Program-made: the position numbers and the translations under genes
Notes under the pieces: model-generated
Databases searched by the model: none
Seen by the model: only the letters and a program-made list of their open reading frames with translations
Told to the model about the DNA's origin: nothing
Assembly: GCA_937888635.1 (NCBI GenBank)
Contig: CALARG010000021.1
Location: forward strand, 1-61,258
Length of the DNA: 61,258 bases
Direction: 5' to 3'
From: an uncultured Alphaproteobacteria bacterium
GTDB taxonomy: Bacteria; Pseudomonadota; Alphaproteobacteria; Rs-D84
Part shown: positions 9,171 to 19,498 of the stretch, piece after piece
Position numbering within the stretch: the stretch's first letter is position 1
Layout of the letters: every line of letters starts with the position of its first letter

Positions 9171-10964
9171 TTACGATACTTTTAACGCATTAATAAACGC
9201 AGACTGCGGAATTTCCACATTCCCGAACGAGCGCATACGCTTCTTACCCTCTTTCTGCTTTTCCAACAGTTTACGTTTTCTTGTAATATCCCCCCCATAG
9301 CACTTTGCAGTCACATCCTTGCGATATGCTGCAATCGTCTCTCTGGCAATAATCTTTCCGCCAATTGCTGCCTGCAGCGGAATTTTAAACTGATGCCGTG
9401 GAATCAGGTCTTTTAATTTTTCTACAATCTGACGCCCGCGTTTTTCTGCAAACGACCGATGGCACATAAAAGACAACGGCTCTACATTTTCTTCATTAAC
9501 CAGAATATTAACCTTGACCAAATCAGATGCCTGATATCCGTACACTACATAGTCAAACGACGCATACCCCGACGAAATTGATTTGACCCTGTCATAGAAA
9601 TCAAACACAATTTCTGCCAACGGCAATTGATAGACCAACACCGCACGATTACCTACATAGGAAATATTTTCCTGAACCCCGCGTCGTTCCGAACACAGCG
9701 ACATAATTCCGCCCATATATTTGTCCGGCATCATAATTGTTGCACGCACCCATGGTTCTTCTATTGATTCAATCTTAGTAGGCTCTGGCATATCGGCTGG
9801 GTTTTCTAAATCAATCACCGATCCATCGCGCAGATGAATTTTATACAGCACACTGGGCACCGTATTAATCAGATTCAAATTAAATTCGCGCGCCAGTCGT
9901 TCACTAATAATCTCCATATGCAACAGCCCCAAGAACCCGCATCGCAATCCGAATCCCAACGCCGAAGACTTTTCCACTGTAAACATAAACGACGCGTCAT
10001 TTAACGCTAACTTTTCTGCACTTTCGCGAAATGTCGGATAATCATCCGCCTCAACCGGAAAGAAAGACGAAAACACCACCGGCACAGACGGCTTAAACCC
10101 TGGCAACATCTGGGCATTATCACTGCGCGCATCAATAATTGTATCCCCCACCTTACAGTCATGAATTGTCTTCATTCCCGTAATGATAAAACCAATTTCC
10201 CCTGTATACAGTGTATCTACATTAACCATCTTTGGGGTAAAGTATCCGATTTTATCAACCACATATTCGGCACCCGTTGCCATAAACTTAATCTTCTGGC
10301 CACGGTTTAACGTCCCATCAACAACCCGCACCAGAATAACAACCCCCAAATAAGAATCATACCAAGAATCAACCAACAACGCACGCGTTGACGCATTTTC
10401 ATCCCCATGTGGCGCCGGCAACTTGTTCACAATTTCTTCCAGCAATTCTGGCACACCGTCGCCGGTCTTGCCCGACACCGCCAGCGCATCATTCGCATCC
10501 AGCCCGATAACATCTGCAATTTGTTCACGGGTGCCTTGAACATCACTGGACGGCAAATCAATCTTGTTCAGCACCGGCAGCATTTCCAAATCATTATCCA
10601 ACGCCAGGTACGCATTTGCCAATGTCTGCGCCTGCACACCCTGGGTTGCATCCACCAACACCAACGCCCCTTCGCACGCCGCCAGCGATCGCGACACTTC
10701 GTATGAAAAGTCCACATGTCCCGGCGTATCCATCAGGTTTAATTGATATTCTTCGCCATTTTTCGCCTTGTAATTCAGTCGCACAGTCTGCGCCTTAATC
10801 GTAATACCGCGTTCGCGTTCAATATCCATAGAATCCAGAACCTGGGCCTTCATTTCACGCGATTGCAGACCACCTGTGAATTCAATCAACCTGTCCGACA
10901 GCGTTGATTTCCCGTGATCAATATGTGCAACGATTGAAAAATTACGAATATTAGACTGTTTCAT
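9171..10964 (-). CDS. lepA: Translation elongation factor 4 (LepA)
   Basis: [40 protein letters not shown] and the LepA C-terminal domain. Start trimmed to Met10. Confidence 0.95.
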   Translation of the reverse strand: MKQSNIRNFSIVAHIDHGKSTLSDRLIEFTGGLQSREMKAQVLDSMDIERERGITIKAQTVRLNYKAKNGEEYQLNLMDTPGHVDFSYEVSRSLAACEGALVLVDATQGVQAQTLANAYLALDNDLEMLPVLNKIDLPSSDVQGTREQIADVIGLDANDALAVSGKTGDGVPELLEEIVNKLPAPHGDENASTRALLVDSWYDSYLGVVILVRVVDGTLNRGQKIKFMATGAEYVVDKIGYFTPKMVNVDTLYTGEIGFIITGMKTIHDCKVGDTIIDARSDNAQMLPGFKPSVPVVFSSFFPVEADDYPTFRESAEKLALNDASFMFTVEKSSALGFGLRCGFLGLLHMEIISERLAREFNLNLINTVPSVLYKIHLRDGSVIDLENPADMPEPTKIESIEEPWVRATIMMPDKYMGGIMSLCSERRGVQENISYVGNRAVLVYQLPLAEIVFDFYDRVKSISSGYASFDYVVYGYQASDLVKVNILVNEENVEPLSFMCHRSFAEKRGRQIVEKLKDLIPRHQFKIPLQAAIGGKIIARETIAAYRKDVTAKCYGGDITRKRKLLEKQKEGKKRMRSFGNVEIPQSAFINALKVS

Positions 10965-11029
10965 ACAAATACACCTATGCTTGTACCGCATATACTAGTA
11001 TAGTATTGCCGCATTCGCAAGGTGAAATT

Positions 11030-11437
11030 TTACAAAGTTTTTTCCATAAATCTGTCTGCACTGATTTGCTGATAGCCATTTTTCACATAGAAATTTTTGG
11101 CCTGTTGTGTTGCCCGCGATTGCAGCAAAATACGCCTGGCCCCGTGATTACGGGCATAATCTTCATACGCACGTAACAAAGCCGTACCAATTCCCTGGCG
11201 ATGATATTTTTTATCAACATAGATTCGCGTGACCCGTCCCATATCGCGCACCATATAGCCCAATACAAATCCCCGCACACAACCATTATTTTCAGACACA
11301 AATAATGTCTGTCCGTCTTTATTTACCGAATCGCGCAGCGTATAGTAAATCAAATCCGCATCACCGACCGAAGTATTCGCCACACTATAACATATAACGC
11401 GCATTTGGTCGCTAACATTTTCAATCTGCTTAATCAT
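11030..11437 (-). CDS. GNAT-family N-acetyltransferase
   Basis: Motif A HRQGIGTALL plus NFYVKNGY. Overlaps the rbfA stop by 8 nt. Confidence 0.8.
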   Translation of the reverse strand: MIKQIENVSDQMRVICYSVANTSVGDADLIYYTLRDSVNKDGQTLFVSENNGCVRGFVLGYMVRDMGRVTRIYVDKKYHRQGIGTALLRAYEDYARNHGARRILLQSRATQQAKNFYVKNGYQQISADRFMEKTL

Positions 11438-11792
11438 TACCCGTATCCAAATTACTTAACAATTCATCTATCCGTGCGGCTTTTTCCAATGTATCATCAT
11501 ATGTAAATTTGATATCAGGCACATATTTCTGATTCATACGCGCGGCCAGTTCATATCGCACCATACGCGTTATTGAATCCAAACGCTGTTGCACCGCAGT
11601 AATATCATCATTACGGGTATAGTAAAACAATCGTACAAATTGCAACCCGCCATGTGCCACACTGCCAACCAGCGACACCCCAGAAACAAGTGCATCTTCG
11701 CCCCAATTATCGCGCAATATTTCCGCAACAATCGTTTGCACTTTGGCTGCGATTCTTTCGCCACGATTAGAATTAAATTGTCTTTTTGCCAT
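11430..11792 (-). CDS. rbfA: Ribosome-binding factor A
   Basis: Size and N-terminus (RGERIAAKVQTIVAEIL) are typical of RbfA. Confidence 0.85.
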   Translation of the reverse strand: MAKRQFNSNRGERIAAKVQTIVAEILRDNWGEDALVSGVSLVGSVAHGGLQFVRLFYYTRNDDITAVQQRLDSITRMVRYELAARMNQKYVPDIKFTYDDTLEKAARIDELLSNLDTGND

Positions 11793-11881
11793 TTTTTATA
11801 TCTTTTTTGCGTTATAACAATTGTAAATTAATATTTTATATTTTACAATCAAGTAAATTTTTTGAAAAACAAGGGTCGGGA

Positions 11882-12457
11882 ATGAAATTTTCAGAATTTA
11901 TATTACAGAAATCCGAATCGCGTGGCTATTCATGGTTGGTTTTTTTCTTAACAATATGCGAATCCATATTTTTATTTATCCCACCCGAAGTCTTTATGAC
12001 CCCACCGATTATTGCGAACAAGCGGCGCGCCCTGCCCATAACAATCGCGGCATCCCTGGGGTCAATCGTTGGTGGTGCAATTGCATATATGATCGGATTG
12101 TGGCTGTATGATTCTGTTGGGGTATGGTTAATTGAAACATTTTCAAATCCAGAATTAATTGAAACCGCGATTAAGCCAATGTTTAACAAATACGGAATAA
12201 TGATAATTGTACTGACGGCGGTCACCCCAATACCTTATAAACTATTGGCAATATGGTTGGGCTTTATCGGATATCCAATGTTGCTGTTTTTGGCGGTATC
12301 GGCCATATTCCGCACCGGCCGCTTTGCAATAATTGCAACATTACTGTATTTTTTCCAAGAACGGGCAAACGCAATTGTAAACAAATACTTCTGGCCATTA
12401 ACAATTTGCGCAATCGTCGCCGCCGTACTAGGGATTGGTCTGATAAGCCTGTTTTAA
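11882..12457 (+). CDS. YqaA/DedA-type (SNARE-associated) inner-membrane protein
   Basis: Multi-TM protein. ...CESIFLFIPPEVFMTP...GGAIAYMIG is typical of the YqaA family. Start trimmed to ATG 11882. Confidence 0.7.
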   Translation: MKFSEFILQKSESRGYSWLVFFLTICESIFLFIPPEVFMTPPIIANKRRALPITIAASLGSIVGGAIAYMIGLWLYDSVGVWLIETFSNPELIETAIKPMFNKYGIMIIVLTAVTPIPYKLLAIWLGFIGYPMLLFLAVSAIFRTGRFAIIATLLYFFQERANAIVNKYFWPLTICAIVAAVLGIGLISLF

Positions 12458-12473
12458 AAAGCAACCACCCCCT

Positions 12474-12547
12474 GTCATCCCGCCGCACACCACGGAACCC
12501 AGGAATAGTATCATCTGTCATCCCGCGGCTTGACCACGGGCCCCAGG
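12474..12547. repeat. Two REP-like palindromic units (GTCATCCCGnGG...CCACGGGnCCCAGG)
   Basis: Units at 12474-12503 and 12517-12547. The second is the inverted partner of 12882-12912. Confidence 0.6.
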
Positions 12548-12554
12548 TTTATCC

Positions 12555-12869
12555 TTATAACAAATTATTCAAATCTTCATACAAATCACGCCATTGTGGG
12601 TTAAAATTTTCTATCAAATCCTTTTTCCAATTCCTTTGCCATTCTTTTAAACGCTTCTCATGACGTATTGCACGGTTTACATCCGTAAATCGCTCAAAGT
12701 AAACTAATTTATCAACATTATACCTGCTGGTAAATCCAGGCAACAAATGATTTTTATGTTCAAAAACACGTTGTGCTAAATTACTGGTAAACCCAACATA
12801 CAGCGTTCCATTCCTGGAACTGGCCATAATATAAACATAGTAATACTTTTCTGCTGTCCACATAAACAT
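12555..12869 (-). CDS. GIY-YIG nuclease-superfamily protein (small stand-alone URI domain)
   Basis: YYVYIMASSRNGTLYVGFTSNLAQRVFEHK...RHEKRLKEW. The N-terminal ORF extension runs into the repeat and is probably not translated. Confidence 0.85.
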   Translation of the reverse strand: MFMWTAEKYYYVYIMASSRNGTLYVGFTSNLAQRVFEHKNHLLPGFTSRYNVDKLVYFERFTDVNRAIRHEKRLKEWQRNWKKDLIENFNPQWRDLYEDLNNLL

Positions 12870-12881
12870 CAGAATACATAA

Positions 12882-12912
12882 CCTGGGTCCCGTGGTCAAG
12901 CCACGGGATGAC
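12882..12912. repeat. REP-like unit, inverted copy of 12517-12547
   Basis: Its reverse complement differs from 12517-12547 at 2 of 31 positions. Confidence 0.6.
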
Positions 12913-12954
12913 AATTTTCTGAATAAAAATTTCAAACAAAACAAAAAGAAAACT

Positions 12955-12983
12955 CAAACAAAAAACCGGGCACACACCCGGTT
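12955..12983 (-). terminator. Rho-independent terminator after fibre gene P1
   Basis: ACCGGG-CACACA-CCCGGT with T6 on the minus strand. Confidence 0.65.
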
Positions 12984-13002
12984 TATATATTCATTTGAAA
13001 TG

Positions 13003-14250
13003 TTATTTAACAATAGATTCCCATTTCAAACCTTTAGTTGCATTATCATATACCAATGCACATGTTGCAGTACCATTTTCACAAGCTTCAGGCACATTCA
13101 TCTTTGCAACCGGTGTTAACGCTGCACGTGATACAGAAATTACACCATCCACTTCCGAAACAGCAGATACATATTCACCTGCGACAGCAGTATCTGCCTT
13201 ATCTAAAGCTTCAATTTTTGATTTTGCATCTGCTTTTGCATCAGCCAAAGCTTGGTCTGCTTTTGATTTTGCATCTGCCGCTGCAGTAGAAATCGCTTCA
13301 GACTTTGCCGTTGCAATTGCTGTATTCATACCTGTTGTATTAGTATAATTCTTCAACTGCTCAGTAGTAAACGACTTCGCATTTGATTCCGCTGTATTCG
13401 CCTTTGATGCCGCATCTGTCGCTGCCGCTGCTTGTGCATTTGCAATTGCGGTTGCAACATCTGTCGCGCCATCCGCTAATGTACCAATTTTATTATCAAT
13501 CTGCTTTGAAACTGAATTATCACCAGTATTTAATGCGTCAATCTGTCCCTGCAATTCCGTTTTTGCTGCACTAACCTGACTGGTCGTCTCTCCCTTTGCC
13601 GCTGCAACCGCTTCAGACTTTGCCGTTGCAATATCACCAGTCAAAGTTGTTTTTTGCGAGGCCAACTCTTCCTTGGTTGCAGAATTTGTTTCCAAGTTCG
13701 CAACATCTAATTTTAAACCAGCAACATCTTGCTTTGTCCCTGACAACGCATTGGTAATTCTGGTATCAACATCGTTCGTCATGACTTCCAGCTTATTTTT
13801 TACATACCCTGCTACAGCCGCGGTTGTCGGCGCAACTGTTGAAGTATCATTCTTGTTTTCTCCATTCTCATTAATTTGCCCAACCAAATCACCCGTGGTC
13901 ACAGAAACTTTACCATCTGTTTCTGACACTGTCTTAACATATTTACCATCTGCAACAGTAATCGTATCAACATCTAACCCTTGAACAGCCGCAGCAATTT
14001 GTGTTGAAATAGAACCATTTGCACCACCAATCGCAGCAACATCCGCTTGCAATTTCGTAATATCGCCCTGATTCTTTGTGTTATCAGTTTCCAAACTTGT
14101 AACACGTGTGTTCATTGCATTATTATACCCTGTTGCTGTTGCTTCTGCTGCCTGCTTCGCTTTATCAACATAGTCTGTTGATGCGATATCCGCGTTTGCT
14201 GCGGTAACCGCCATCATCGCAACCAAAGATGCTGTTAAGATTTTTTTCAT
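13003..14250 (-). CDS. Secreted fibre-like protein P1 (415 aa), tail-fibre-type modules
   Basis: Signal peptide MKKILTASLVAMMAVTAANA, then DIASTDYVD. Ala/Thr/Lys-rich rod. C-terminal cap ...CENGTATCALVYDNATKGLKWESIVK. Confidence 0.8.
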   Translation of the reverse strand: MKKILTASLVAMMAVTAANADIASTDYVDKAKQAAEATATGYNNAMNTRVTSLETDNTKNQGDITKLQADVAAIGGANGSISTQIAAAVQGLDVDTITVADGKYVKTVSETDGKVSVTTGDLVGQINENGENKNDTSTVAPTTAAVAGYVKNKLEVMTNDVDTRITNALSGTKQDVAGLKLDVANLETNSATKEELASQKTTLTGDIATAKSEAVAAAKGETTSQVSAAKTELQGQIDALNTGDNSVSKQIDNKIGTLADGATDVATAIANAQAAAATDAASKANTAESNAKSFTTEQLKNYTNTTGMNTAIATAKSEAISTAAADAKSKADQALADAKADAKSKIEALDKADTAVAGEYVSAVSEVDGVISVSRAALTPVAKMNVPEACENGTATCALVYDNATKGLKWESIVK

Positions 14251-14305
14251 GTTTTCCTTCCTTTCTTTTTGTTTGTTTTGTTTATTCTCTCATTTGATAT
14301 GATTT

Positions 14306-14335
14306 ATTTTATCATAAAATGCGAATCGCTGTCTA
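14306..14335 (-). promoter_or_regulatory. Putative promoter of P1 with a GANTC palindrome in the spacer
   Basis: Minus strand reads TAGACA-gCGATTCGcattttaTGa-TAAAAT (18-nt spacer, extended -10). GCGAaTCGC lies at 14321-14329. Confidence 0.45.
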
Positions 14336-14347
14336 TAATAAAATTTC

Positions 14348-16024
14348 CTATTCCGTACGACCGGCAATATCTTCCCATGCATATTCATAGGTCACCTTGC
14401 CATCGACAGTAATTTTCTTGGCCGTTAATACAAATGTACCTTCGGCGTTTTCTGATGTTGGCGCCTGAATTGCCCCCGCCAGCAACGAATTAACATCCGA
14501 CGCCAATTGATCTGCACCAACTGCATTTTTCGCAATTGTATTCGCCGTCACGGCACCAGCAGCAATATTTCCTTCTAGCACTGCCCCCGTTGCCAAATTT
14601 CCTGCCTCAACCGCACTTTCACCAATCTTACCCTTGACGATTGCGCCATCTGCAATTTTATCCTTTGTCACCGCATTATTGGCAATCTTACCTTCTGTTA
14701 CTGCATTATTGGCAATCTTACCTTCTGTTACGGCCGCATCTGCCAATTGTGCAGTTCCAATTCCATTGTCCACAATTGAAACAACACCATTTGCAATAAC
14801 AATAACGCCTTCTTGCCCGGTCAGACTAACCTGTTTTGCATCCAATGCCGCCTGCAAACCGTCAACTTTTTCAATTGACAATGTTGGAATATCCGATTCT
14901 GCCAACTCTGCCCGTGACACAGTAATAACACCGTTTTCCTGGGATACCGCTGTTACGAACTGACCAGTTGTTGTCCCATCCGCAACATCCAATCCACCCA
15001 ATGCCTCTTGGATAGAATTTTCAACAGATCCAACCGTCGCGGCAGTATCATTCAACAAAGCAATTGCCGCCTTGTTATCATTAATCTGCGCAGTCAAGTT
15101 CTTAATAGAACCTTCTGCATTTTCCCCACCTTCTAAAATCGCGATAGTATCTGCATTTGCCTTGACCTGCGCATCCAATTTAATCGTTGCCGCTTTTAGT
15201 CCCGTTTGTTCATTCAAATAATTTGTACCCGAATATGTCACACCGGTCACATCCGCTGCATTTGCCTTTAGATCAATTTCACCCTGCAATTGCGTATCTG
15301 CTGCCTCGCGCGCAGATTTTTCTGCTGCGATTGCATCCGCATTTGTTTTAACCGCACCTGCTGCCAATTCAGAAACCTTGGAATCTGCATAGTTTTGCGC
15401 TGTTTTTAAAACACCAGTCTCGGCATTATTAATCGCCGCAATCGCAGATTCATTTGCCGCGACCTTAGCATCAGTTGCATCCAGCGCAGTTTTATCCGCC
15501 TTTGTCCCCAAGGCAGATTCAACTGTCACCCCATCACCCAGACCACCAATAGTTTCTTTGATATCCGCAACATTCGTCTTCAATGTAGAAACATCACCCT
15601 GCAAGGTTGCAACACCACCTGTCAAAATTCCAACCGCATTCTCGGCAATTTTAACCGTTGCCGCATACGATGGATAGTGTTCATTTTCCGTCCCTTCTGC
15701 AGGCGCAACAACAGCACCATTTGCGTCTGTCTTAACCAAATTAGCCTTTACCTGTTGGTCTGCAACCGCTGCATTAACCGCCGCATAAATATCAGCCGCC
15801 GTCACCAGGTTTGTCCCCTGTTCAGATACAGCACCTGTTTCAACAGACACAATATTATTTTCAATCTTTACCGGCCCAGTTGCGGTCATTTTTGTTTGCA
15901 CATCCGCCAATTCTGTTTTCAAAACATCATTTAAATATTCAGTTGAAACAACGGCTGCATCTGCAACACCCGCAGACACCAGCCCCAACAGTACAGAAAA
16001 AATACCCGCAGTTAATTTTCTCAT
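14348..16024 (-). CDS. Secreted fibre-like protein P2 (558 aa)
   Basis: Signal peptide MRKLTAGIFSVLLGLVSAGVADA, then AVVSTEYLNDV. Eight decapeptide repeats (xxAVTxGKIA). Cap ...GTFVLTAKKITVDGKVTYEYAWEDI. Confidence 0.8.
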   Translation of the reverse strand: MRKLTAGIFSVLLGLVSAGVADAAVVSTEYLNDVLKTELADVQTKMTATGPVKIENNIVSVETGAVSEQGTNLVTAADIYAAVNAAVADQQVKANLVKTDANGAVVAPAEGTENEHYPSYAATVKIAENAVGILTGGVATLQGDVSTLKTNVADIKETIGGLGDGVTVESALGTKADKTALDATDAKVAANESAIAAINNAETGVLKTAQNYADSKVSELAAGAVKTNADAIAAEKSAREAADTQLQGEIDLKANAADVTGVTYSGTNYLNEQTGLKAATIKLDAQVKANADTIAILEGGENAEGSIKNLTAQINDNKAAIALLNDTAATVGSVENSIQEALGGLDVADGTTTGQFVTAVSQENGVITVSRAELAESDIPTLSIEKVDGLQAALDAKQVSLTGQEGVIVIANGVVSIVDNGIGTAQLADAAVTEGKIANNAVTEGKIANNAVTKDKIADGAIVKGKIGESAVEAGNLATGAVLEGNIAAGAVTANTIAKNAVGADQLASDVNSLLAGAIQAPTSENAEGTFVLTAKKITVDGKVTYEYAWEDIAGRTE

Positions 16025-16054
16025 AATATTCCCTTCCTTTCTTTCGTATGGTAC

Positions 16055-16084
16055 ATTATATCATATTTGCCCGAATCGTGTAAA
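16055..16084 (-). promoter_or_regulatory. Putative promoter of P2 with a GANTC motif in the spacer
   Basis: Minus strand reads TTTACA-CGATTCGggcaaataTGa-TATAAT (18-nt spacer). Confidence 0.5.
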
Positions 16085-16111
16085 GACCAAAAAAAACACT
16101 TCTATATTTTT

Positions 16112-16144
16112 ATAAAAAAAACAGGGGCATTTTTTGCCCCTGTG
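16112..16144 (-). terminator. Rho-independent terminator after P3
   Basis: ACAGGGGCA-TTTTT-TGCCCCTGT with T8 on the minus strand. Confidence 0.7.
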
Positions 16145-16161
16145 TATTAGTCAAAAAATAA

Positions 16162-17094
16162 TTATAACGATAAAGCCAATTCCATCCAATATGGATCACC
16201 ATTCTGATCAACTGACAAAACACATTTTGCATGTGCACAATTTGTACCTGGTTTTGGAACCGCATAACCTTCAACTGTTTTTTTTGCAGTATTAGCGACC
16301 GACCCTTCTTCGGTATCAGCAGCATTCAATGTCGCAATTGCACCCTGATTGGTAACCGCAATTTCATTTGTCTTTGCCAAACCTTTTTCTGTATCGTTCA
16401 CAGCGTTTGTCAAATTCGTTAAATCAGTTGCCGATGCCTTGGTTGCGATATCCGCTTTATTCTGCGCAATATCTGCTTTGACCTGTGTATCATCATAGGT
16501 TGCAGCACTCTGCGCTTCTGTAATCATTTGAACAACTGTTTTATCCGCTGGGACATCACCAATTGTTGTTTTATCAGCCTTTCCACCCAACGCAGTTTCT
16601 AAGTCCTGAACCTGTGACTGCTGAATAACAGCATTTGCAATAGAATGTGCAACCGAACCACTTTCTGTCGCCGCGCCGTTCAATTTGGTAATCGCATTTT
16701 CATTTGCAGTAATTTTTAAGTCCTGCGCCTCATCAACTTCTGCCTGGGCTGTTTTAACTGCATTTATCTGCTGTTTAACAGAACCATCTTTATTTTCGTC
16801 ACCTGTCAATGTTGCAATAGAATTTTGAATATTTTGCATGTCTTCAGACCCAACCACACCTTCGGTCTTGGTATCCAATGCCTTAATCGCAGTCGCCACA
16901 TCAGAATAGGTAGCAGACCCAACTGTAAATCCACCCTGTGGAATTGTACCAACCTTGGTATCAACAACACCAACCTTTGCATCAACATAGCCCGTTGATG
17001 CAACGCTGATTGGGTCCGCTGCGTTTGCCGCACCTGCAACACTCATCAGGATTGCCGCCATAACACCACCAAACATAATATTTTTAATTTTCAT
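16162..17094 (-). CDS. Secreted fibre-like protein P3 (310 aa)
   Basis: Start trimmed to MKIKNIMFGGVMAAILMSVAGAANA (SD GAAAGGAA upstream), then VASTGYVDAKV. Cap ...TNCAHAKCVLSVDQNGDPYWMELALSL. Confidence 0.8.
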   Translation of the reverse strand: MKIKNIMFGGVMAAILMSVAGAANAADPISVASTGYVDAKVGVVDTKVGTIPQGGFTVGSATYSDVATAIKALDTKTEGVVGSEDMQNIQNSIATLTGDENKDGSVKQQINAVKTAQAEVDEAQDLKITANENAITKLNGAATESGSVAHSIANAVIQQSQVQDLETALGGKADKTTIGDVPADKTVVQMITEAQSAATYDDTQVKADIAQNKADIATKASATDLTNLTNAVNDTEKGLAKTNEIAVTNQGAIATLNAADTEEGSVANTAKKTVEGYAVPKPGTNCAHAKCVLSVDQNGDPYWMELALSL

Positions 17095-17170
17095 TATTAT
17101 TTCCTTTCTTTTCTTTCGTTTTTTATTTTTAAATGCCACCCCAAAATATTATGGGGTGACACTATTTATA

Positions 17171-18211
17171 TTAATTTGCAGCTGGCTTAATCGCATTGTC
17201 ACCATTCAATGTGATTTCATTACCGTCTTTGTCCAAAATCTTAATTGGCGCATATGATACAGCACCCGTTGCATCAAAATTCACCAGATATGTGCCCGCC
17301 GTAGTCACAACAGAAACCTTTTTAGCAATTTCTGCTGCATTATCTGCAATCCCCTGGGTATTTGTAGCAATCGCAGCAACTTTATCTGAATCAACACCTG
17401 AATTAACCGCCTTCATCTGTGTCTCATCCAACTTTGCCTGATAATTTTCGCTCAAATTCAAATTATCAATCGCTGTCTGAACATCATCTGCCGTCTGATA
17501 ACCTTTACCCTGCAATTCGGTTTCATCAACATATTTGCCATTTGCCAAGGCATCAGCAATAGACTTTGCAACCGAACCTTCTGTTTGCGCATCTGCATTC
17601 AATTTTGCGATACCCTCCGTATTACCCTTAACATCCTGCATCAGGGTTGCAATACCTTGGCTGCCGTTTCCACCACTCAAAGTATTAATCGCCGCGGTAT
17701 TCGCCTGAATATCAGATTCAGCTTCGGTCATACGTGTTGTCAAACCCGAAATATCTTCCTTGTTGGTTGTAATTTGAGCAACCGCCTCAGAATCAATCCC
17801 AGAATTAATTGCCGCCTGTTGTTCAGTCGTCAATGTATCCTGCTTACCTGCCAAGGCTTCCTGAACAGTAATATCTTCGCCCTGTTCATTCTGCAATGTC
17901 CCAATTTTCTGATCCAAGGCATCCGACACAGACACTACATTGCCTTCTGCGTCAACACCAATCTTCTGCTCCAACGCCTCTACAGATTGTTTTGTTGCCA
18001 ACGATGACAGGTCAACATTCGCAGAAATTGTTGTTGTGCCATCTGCCTGTTCTGCAATATCAATCCCCTGCCCTTCGGTCAATTTTGCCTGCAATTTTGC
18101 ATCAGCATAGTCTTTTGAAATCAAAGACACATCTGCCGCAACCGCTGCCCCACATACGGTCGCAAATACTGCCGCCGCAAAACCAGAAAACATAATATTT
18201 TTTACTTTCAT
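17171..18211 (-). CDS. Secreted fibre-like protein P4 (346 aa)
   Basis: Signal peptide MKVKNIMFSGFAAAVFATVCGAAVA, then LISKDYADAKL. Cap ...AGTYLVNFDATGAVSYAPIKIL. Confidence 0.8.
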   Translation of the reverse strand: MKVKNIMFSGFAAAVFATVCGAAVAADVSLISKDYADAKLQAKLTEGQGIDIAEQADGTTTISANVDLSSLATKQSVEALEQKIGVDAEGNVVSVSDALDQKIGTLQNEQGEDITVQEALAGKQDTLTTEQQAAINSGIDSEAVAQITTNKEDISGLTTRMTEAESDIQANTAAINTLSGGNGSQGIATLMQDVKGNTEGIAKLNADAQTEGSVAKSIADALANGKYVDETELQGKGYQTADDVQTAIDNLNLSENYQAKLDETQMKAVNSGVDSDKVAAIATNTQGIADNAAEIAKKVSVVTTAGTYLVNFDATGAVSYAPIKILDKDGNEITLNGDNAIKPAAN

Positions 18212-18248
18212 TTTTTCCTTCCTTTCCTTTTTTAATCTTTTGAATTTT

Positions 18249-19436
18249 TTACTTCAAAATCTCTACTGACAACCATGTCACATTACCTTCTGCATCAACA
18301 GACATCAGCAATGTTTCACCCGCCGCAGGCGTCCGGCCAGCAATCTTGTCCATTGTGACTGCCTTGGCATCAATATCTGCTGTTGCAACCATATCCTTGA
18401 ATGCCAACGCTTTTAAATCTGCAGTATTTGCCTTCTTGGCCAATTCCGCATTAACAGTCTCCGTTTTTGCATAAGACCCTAATTCTGACTTGGTCGCCAA
18501 ATCAGCAGTTGCCGTTGTAATTGCACCTTGAACCTGTTGTGCTGTTTGATAGCCTGCGGCCTCTAATGTATCAACGCGACCTTCAACCGCATCAACCGTT
18601 TCAATTGTTGCGTATGTCTTGGCAACATCTTCAGACTTTGCATAACTGCTCAGATCAATATTAGAAGAATCAATAACCGCCTGGTCAATCTTGGCATTCA
18701 AATCAGTAACCGCCGTTTCCAACGCAGACTTATCCGCCTTAGTTGCAATTGCCGCCTTGTTATCTGCAACATCCTTTAACAAACCAGAATCCGCCGAACC
18801 AACAACATTTGTTATCTGTTGTGTCACCTGCTGTTCTGTCACATATGTTTCTGATGCTGTTTTTTGCGTCACATATGTATTCTGGGCATCAGTTTTGGTC
18901 AGATAATTATTTGATATATTTTGTTCCAAATTCTGAATCGTTTCTGCCGATACCTTCTTTGCCAATTCTTCATCAACATATGATTTTTCTGCCAAGCCTT
19001 CCACCGATGGGATTTCTGGCTTGTCCGACAAACTGTTATATGAACCCGTTGTCGCCACTTCAGACAACCCCGAAATATTTTCCACCGCCAACGGATTTTC
19101 AGCCGTAATCACATCCTGCTTGCCCGCCATTTCCGAGTGCAACTCATTAATCGCCGGAATTGCCAGTTTTGCCTCTGTGTCTAACTGAATCCAGTTGTCA
19201 TCAGCATCTCTGCTATTCAACATATCACGCAACACAACCTGATTCTCAAAAAGCTGATTATCGTTTGTGTTCATGGTTCTGCTCATAGGCGTAGTTGTGC
19301 TATCAACATAGTCTATAACCTCAAAAAACAAATCATCTACATACTCTTCACTTGCGTAATTTTCCGCTGAATATGCCACATTAGACAATGCAACAAAAAT
19401 ACAAAACGGCAGCAAAAAAGATGTTTTCCTTGTCAT
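18249..19436 (-). CDS. Secreted fibre-like protein P5 (395 aa)
   Basis: Signal peptide MTRKTSFLLPFCIFVALSNVAYS, then YASEEYVDD. Contains VATTGSYNSLSDKPEIPS. Cap ...AGETLLMSVDAEGNVTWLSVEILK. Confidence 0.8.
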   Translation of the reverse strand: MTRKTSFLLPFCIFVALSNVAYSAENYASEEYVDDLFFEVIDYVDSTTTPMSRTMNTNDNQLFENQVVLRDMLNSRDADDNWIQLDTEAKLAIPAINELHSEMAGKQDVITAENPLAVENISGLSEVATTGSYNSLSDKPEIPSVEGLAEKSYVDEELAKKVSAETIQNLEQNISNNYLTKTDAQNTYVTQKTASETYVTEQQVTQQITNVVGSADSGLLKDVADNKAAIATKADKSALETAVTDLNAKIDQAVIDSSNIDLSSYAKSEDVAKTYATIETVDAVEGRVDTLEAAGYQTAQQVQGAITTATADLATKSELGSYAKTETVNAELAKKANTADLKALAFKDMVATADIDAKAVTMDKIAGRTPAAGETLLMSVDAEGNVTWLSVEILK

Positions 19437-19498
19437 TTTTCTTCTCTTATCAATATTTATATTAATTCCCAGCTGTACTATTAATTTAAATCACAACC

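Noticed and set aside
12253-12663. 136-aa plus-strand ORF and 85-aa minus-strand ORF running through the yqaA 3' end and the REP-like units (translations such as VIPRLDHGPQ and SSRGLTTGPR).
   Set aside because: They read through palindromic repeat units, a known source of false ORFs, and overlap better-supported genes.
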